Shown: positions 61,530 to 64,000 of the stretch, piece by piece
How the letters are laid out: the number at the start of each line of letters is the position of its first letter
Numbering within the stretch: the first letter of the stretch is position 1
Notes under the pieces: model-generated
What the model was told of the DNA's origin: nothing
Database searches by the model: none
What the model saw: the letters and a program-made list of their open reading frames with translations, nothing else
Program-made: the position numbers and the translations under genes
DNA from: Lepidodermella squamata
Taxonomy: Eukaryota > Animalia > Gastrotricha
Length of the DNA stretch: 64,000 nucleotides
NCBI GenBank assembly: GCA_047495785.1
Contig: JBLDXI010000021.1
Coordinates: forward strand, 124,001-188,000
Direction: 5' to 3'

Positions 61530-63102
61530 TTTTTATTTATAATTTTTTCTCAATATTTTCATCAAGTTTGGTTGAATTCATTAGGGGGATGAACCAAAAT
61601 TATAGGTAAAAAGACCAATAACCTACGCGAAAACAATCAGGACATGAGCAGCAACGTGGAATAAAAACACACAAACCGCCTGTCCACACGTGTTTTGCGA
61701 GTTGACGAGCAAAAAACTCGGAAGCCAGCTGCCACATAAACTTGACTCTCTCGTCTTCGCCTTGCGAGTCTCGTTTCAGTGTTGCTAAGCCCTCGACTAA
61801 CTCGCTACGCCTCGTGAGTCTCGAGCGTTGCAACTCATGTGGGGCCTCGTATTTGCTCGTAAACTCGCATATCCACTATGACCACGCGGTTTGTCTATCA
61901 CAATACAATGATGCTATTTGATGCTAAACATGCCGACACGTACAAATATTCCGGGTCAAAACTAGGAAAACTCAGCATGTTTCGCCGTCGCATTCCTGTG
62001 GCAAAATCTTTGCGTCAAATTAATTTTTATAAATTAAAAAATATTTGAAAGCAATTATTACTAATGATTTTGAATTTAAAAAAATAATTAATGTCGAAAA
62101 CAAAAACCAGCTAAAAAGGTCCATTTTTTAAATGTCGCATTTTTTACAACAGCCTCGTCCGGTAAACTCGCGACTCGCGACTCAGCTTCGGTGACGTAAT
62201 ACTCAGTACTCAGTGTTGGCTCTCCTGCTGCCAGGAAGACCCTTGACAGAGCCCAAGACAACGCCATCCGATGGCGGCGCCCCACCTGGCGAAGAATCTT
62301 GCCCTCTAAACAAATTGGCCAGTGAACCCGATTTAAGACATTTCCAGACATTACATATTTGAATACTTCTGTTGTTAACGCGTCGATTTACTTATGTAAA
62401 AATTACGGAGGAACTCGTGTCCGCTGTGTCCCTAAATCCGCCCAATGTGCCGTCACTAGGGGGTTTTACCTGATTTTTGGCATAGTATGACGTTTTCCAG
62501 GTGACGTTTCATGTGCCCAAGTGCTTCATGTCCCATCGGCGATTTTAGATTTAGACAGGCCATATTTCAAGCCTCAAACTAGTGTCGGTTTCATCTAATT
62601 TAAAATTTGAGCAGTTTTTACCCCTTACCGGCCCTACTCCTTCTTGTTCTTACATAACACATGGAAACAATTAGCATGTGGAATAAAGAAGGCGCGAATG
62701 ATATAGACATTTAACATAACTTATAATTTTAGAATCAAACTCATATGCAAGTTAGTCTTCTCAATGCCCCTGCTTGACTTGGTATTGCTCATGCAGTTTT
62801 CTGGGTGCAACCAAATAGCAGTAGAGATTTTTAGAAAGATTCCTTTAGTCTTGATAGCTGTACGCGTGGTATGATACATTAGCACCGTATAAGCGCCTTC
62901 TGTAAAGGTGTATGTGGGCTCGTAGGTTTATACTTTAGGTGCCGATAGGACAATGTTAAAACATTGAAGCGTCGTTACTTTTCATGATCATGATGAAGTA
63001 AGCAGTAGGCAATGATCTGTAGTGAGTTTATCTGACACCTCATATCGCCCTCTCTGATGTATCATTTTTATATGTGTTGTTTAGTCTTATTTTTATTCTG
63101 GT

Positions 63103-63736
63103 ATGGCTGGGTTGAAACCGCTAGCCTCTATGCCGCACGAAGATGTTTATTTACTCGACACAAATTTGGTTATCGGCTACTTGAATAATGACATTGCCGG
63201 ATGGAAGGAATGGGCTGATGAGCATATCAGTCAAGGTAAGCATAATTCAGTCTTAATGATTACAACGATTACACGCAGTTCTTACAAACAACTTAGGGAA
63301 GAAGTTCTATTTACTACAACAGAGTGTTCAAGAAGTTGCAGTAAAACATCCACAATTGCCAGATGGATTCGAGCCTTTGAAACTAGAGGATGATGGCTAT
63401 GGCATCCCGCAACTAAAACTTGATAGTGTCTACCAACAAATCGCTGATGAATTCAACATAAATGTGAACGAGAGAGTGAAGCTCAAGAAAGACATCGAAT
63501 TAATTTCGGAAGCTGGCTATTATGCTGGATTTGCCGACATCTCACAAATATCAGACGAAGATATTTTCGCCGGTCGAGTTGTTTTTGCATCCAACAACTA
63601 TGCGATCATCGAGCGTTTGCTGTCTACCAAAGAAAAGACCGACAAGCTTGAGAAGATATTGGACGACAACGGCTTTGAACATCTCATTACAGTTCGTTTT
63701 GTGTCGAATGCGCAAGCTTGGACTGATTTCTTCTAA
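63103..63736 (+). CDS. Stand-alone PIN-domain (VapC-like) putative ribonuclease, 190 aa, one intron (63236-63296)
   Basis: YLLDTNLVI (beta1 Asp), SVQE, KDIELISEA, VVFASNN. Joining 63103-63235 to 63297-63736 through a GT-AG intron gives one continuous 573-nt frame. Confidence 0.75.
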
Positions 63737-63803
63737 TGAGCAAAACAAAACAATTGATGTGGTAGATAAAATATCAACTGATAAAACCAACATTTAAAAA
63801 AAA

Positions 63804-64000
63804 GCCCTTAATTCAAGCTGGAGAAAACGGCCATCTTGACTGTGTAAGGCTGCTAATCGAAGCCGGTGCTGATCTGAGCGCGAGAGTTGAGGATGCTAGG
63901 AGGTCGTCGATAGCAGCTAGCAACTGCAGGGTTCGTTGTGCATTTGAAGCGAGCAGTTGAAGAAGCTGGAAAAATTTAATTTACTCGAGAGCCATTCAAA
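63804..64000 (+). pseudogene. Degenerate partial duplicate of the ankyrin exon
   Basis: 63804-63902 matches 60809-60907 with one mismatch. 63921-64000 matches from 61080 onward with a 1-nt deletion and a 5-nt insertion. The ~172 nt in between are replaced by 18 nt. Confidence 0.85.

Noticed and set aside
62410-62585. Helitron 3' end (hairpin + CTAG) capturing the PIN gene
   Set aside because: The hairpins are weak, the CTAG lies upstream of the PIN gene, and no 5' end or Rep/helicase remnant is visible.

Overview
A gene-dense animal genome segment with short (mostly ~40-70 nt) GT-AG introns, so the ORF track fragments nearly every gene. I rebuilt exon chains by hand; the species cannot be identified from the sequence. 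Left to right: (1) four divergent Cys-loop ion-channel subunit genes (0.3-10.9 kb), with a two-domain Ly6/uPAR-like (three-finger) gene nested among them and 5-nt and 13-nt micro-exons inside the Cys-loop of two of them; (2) three tandem SLC13 Na+/carboxylate or sulfate transporter genes (11.2-21.2 kb); (3) four FRRS1/SDR2-like DOMON + cytochrome b561 genes with 4, 4, 2 and 10 extracellular DOMON domains, every one retaining a candidate Met/His heme-ligand pair; (4) a tightly packed minus-strand run of DRAM/TMEM150-like, ABCG half-transporter and KIAA0825-like genes, with two MITEs; (5) four tandem single-coding-exon genes of a family I do not recognise (N-myristoylation signal, disordered body, conserved C-terminal (Y/F)PLxPMVF...RK(V/I)Tx(Y/F) tail); (6) a RING/B-box-like/ankyrin gene followed by tRNA-like sequences, a stand-alone VapC-like PIN gene and a decayed ankyrin duplicate. 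The best candidates for an undescribed system are the poly-DOMON cytochrome b561 family (a possible multi-heme extracellular redox chain), the myristoylated four-gene family, and the Cys-loop receptor + Ly6 cluster. All functional statements are inferences from motifs, not database results.
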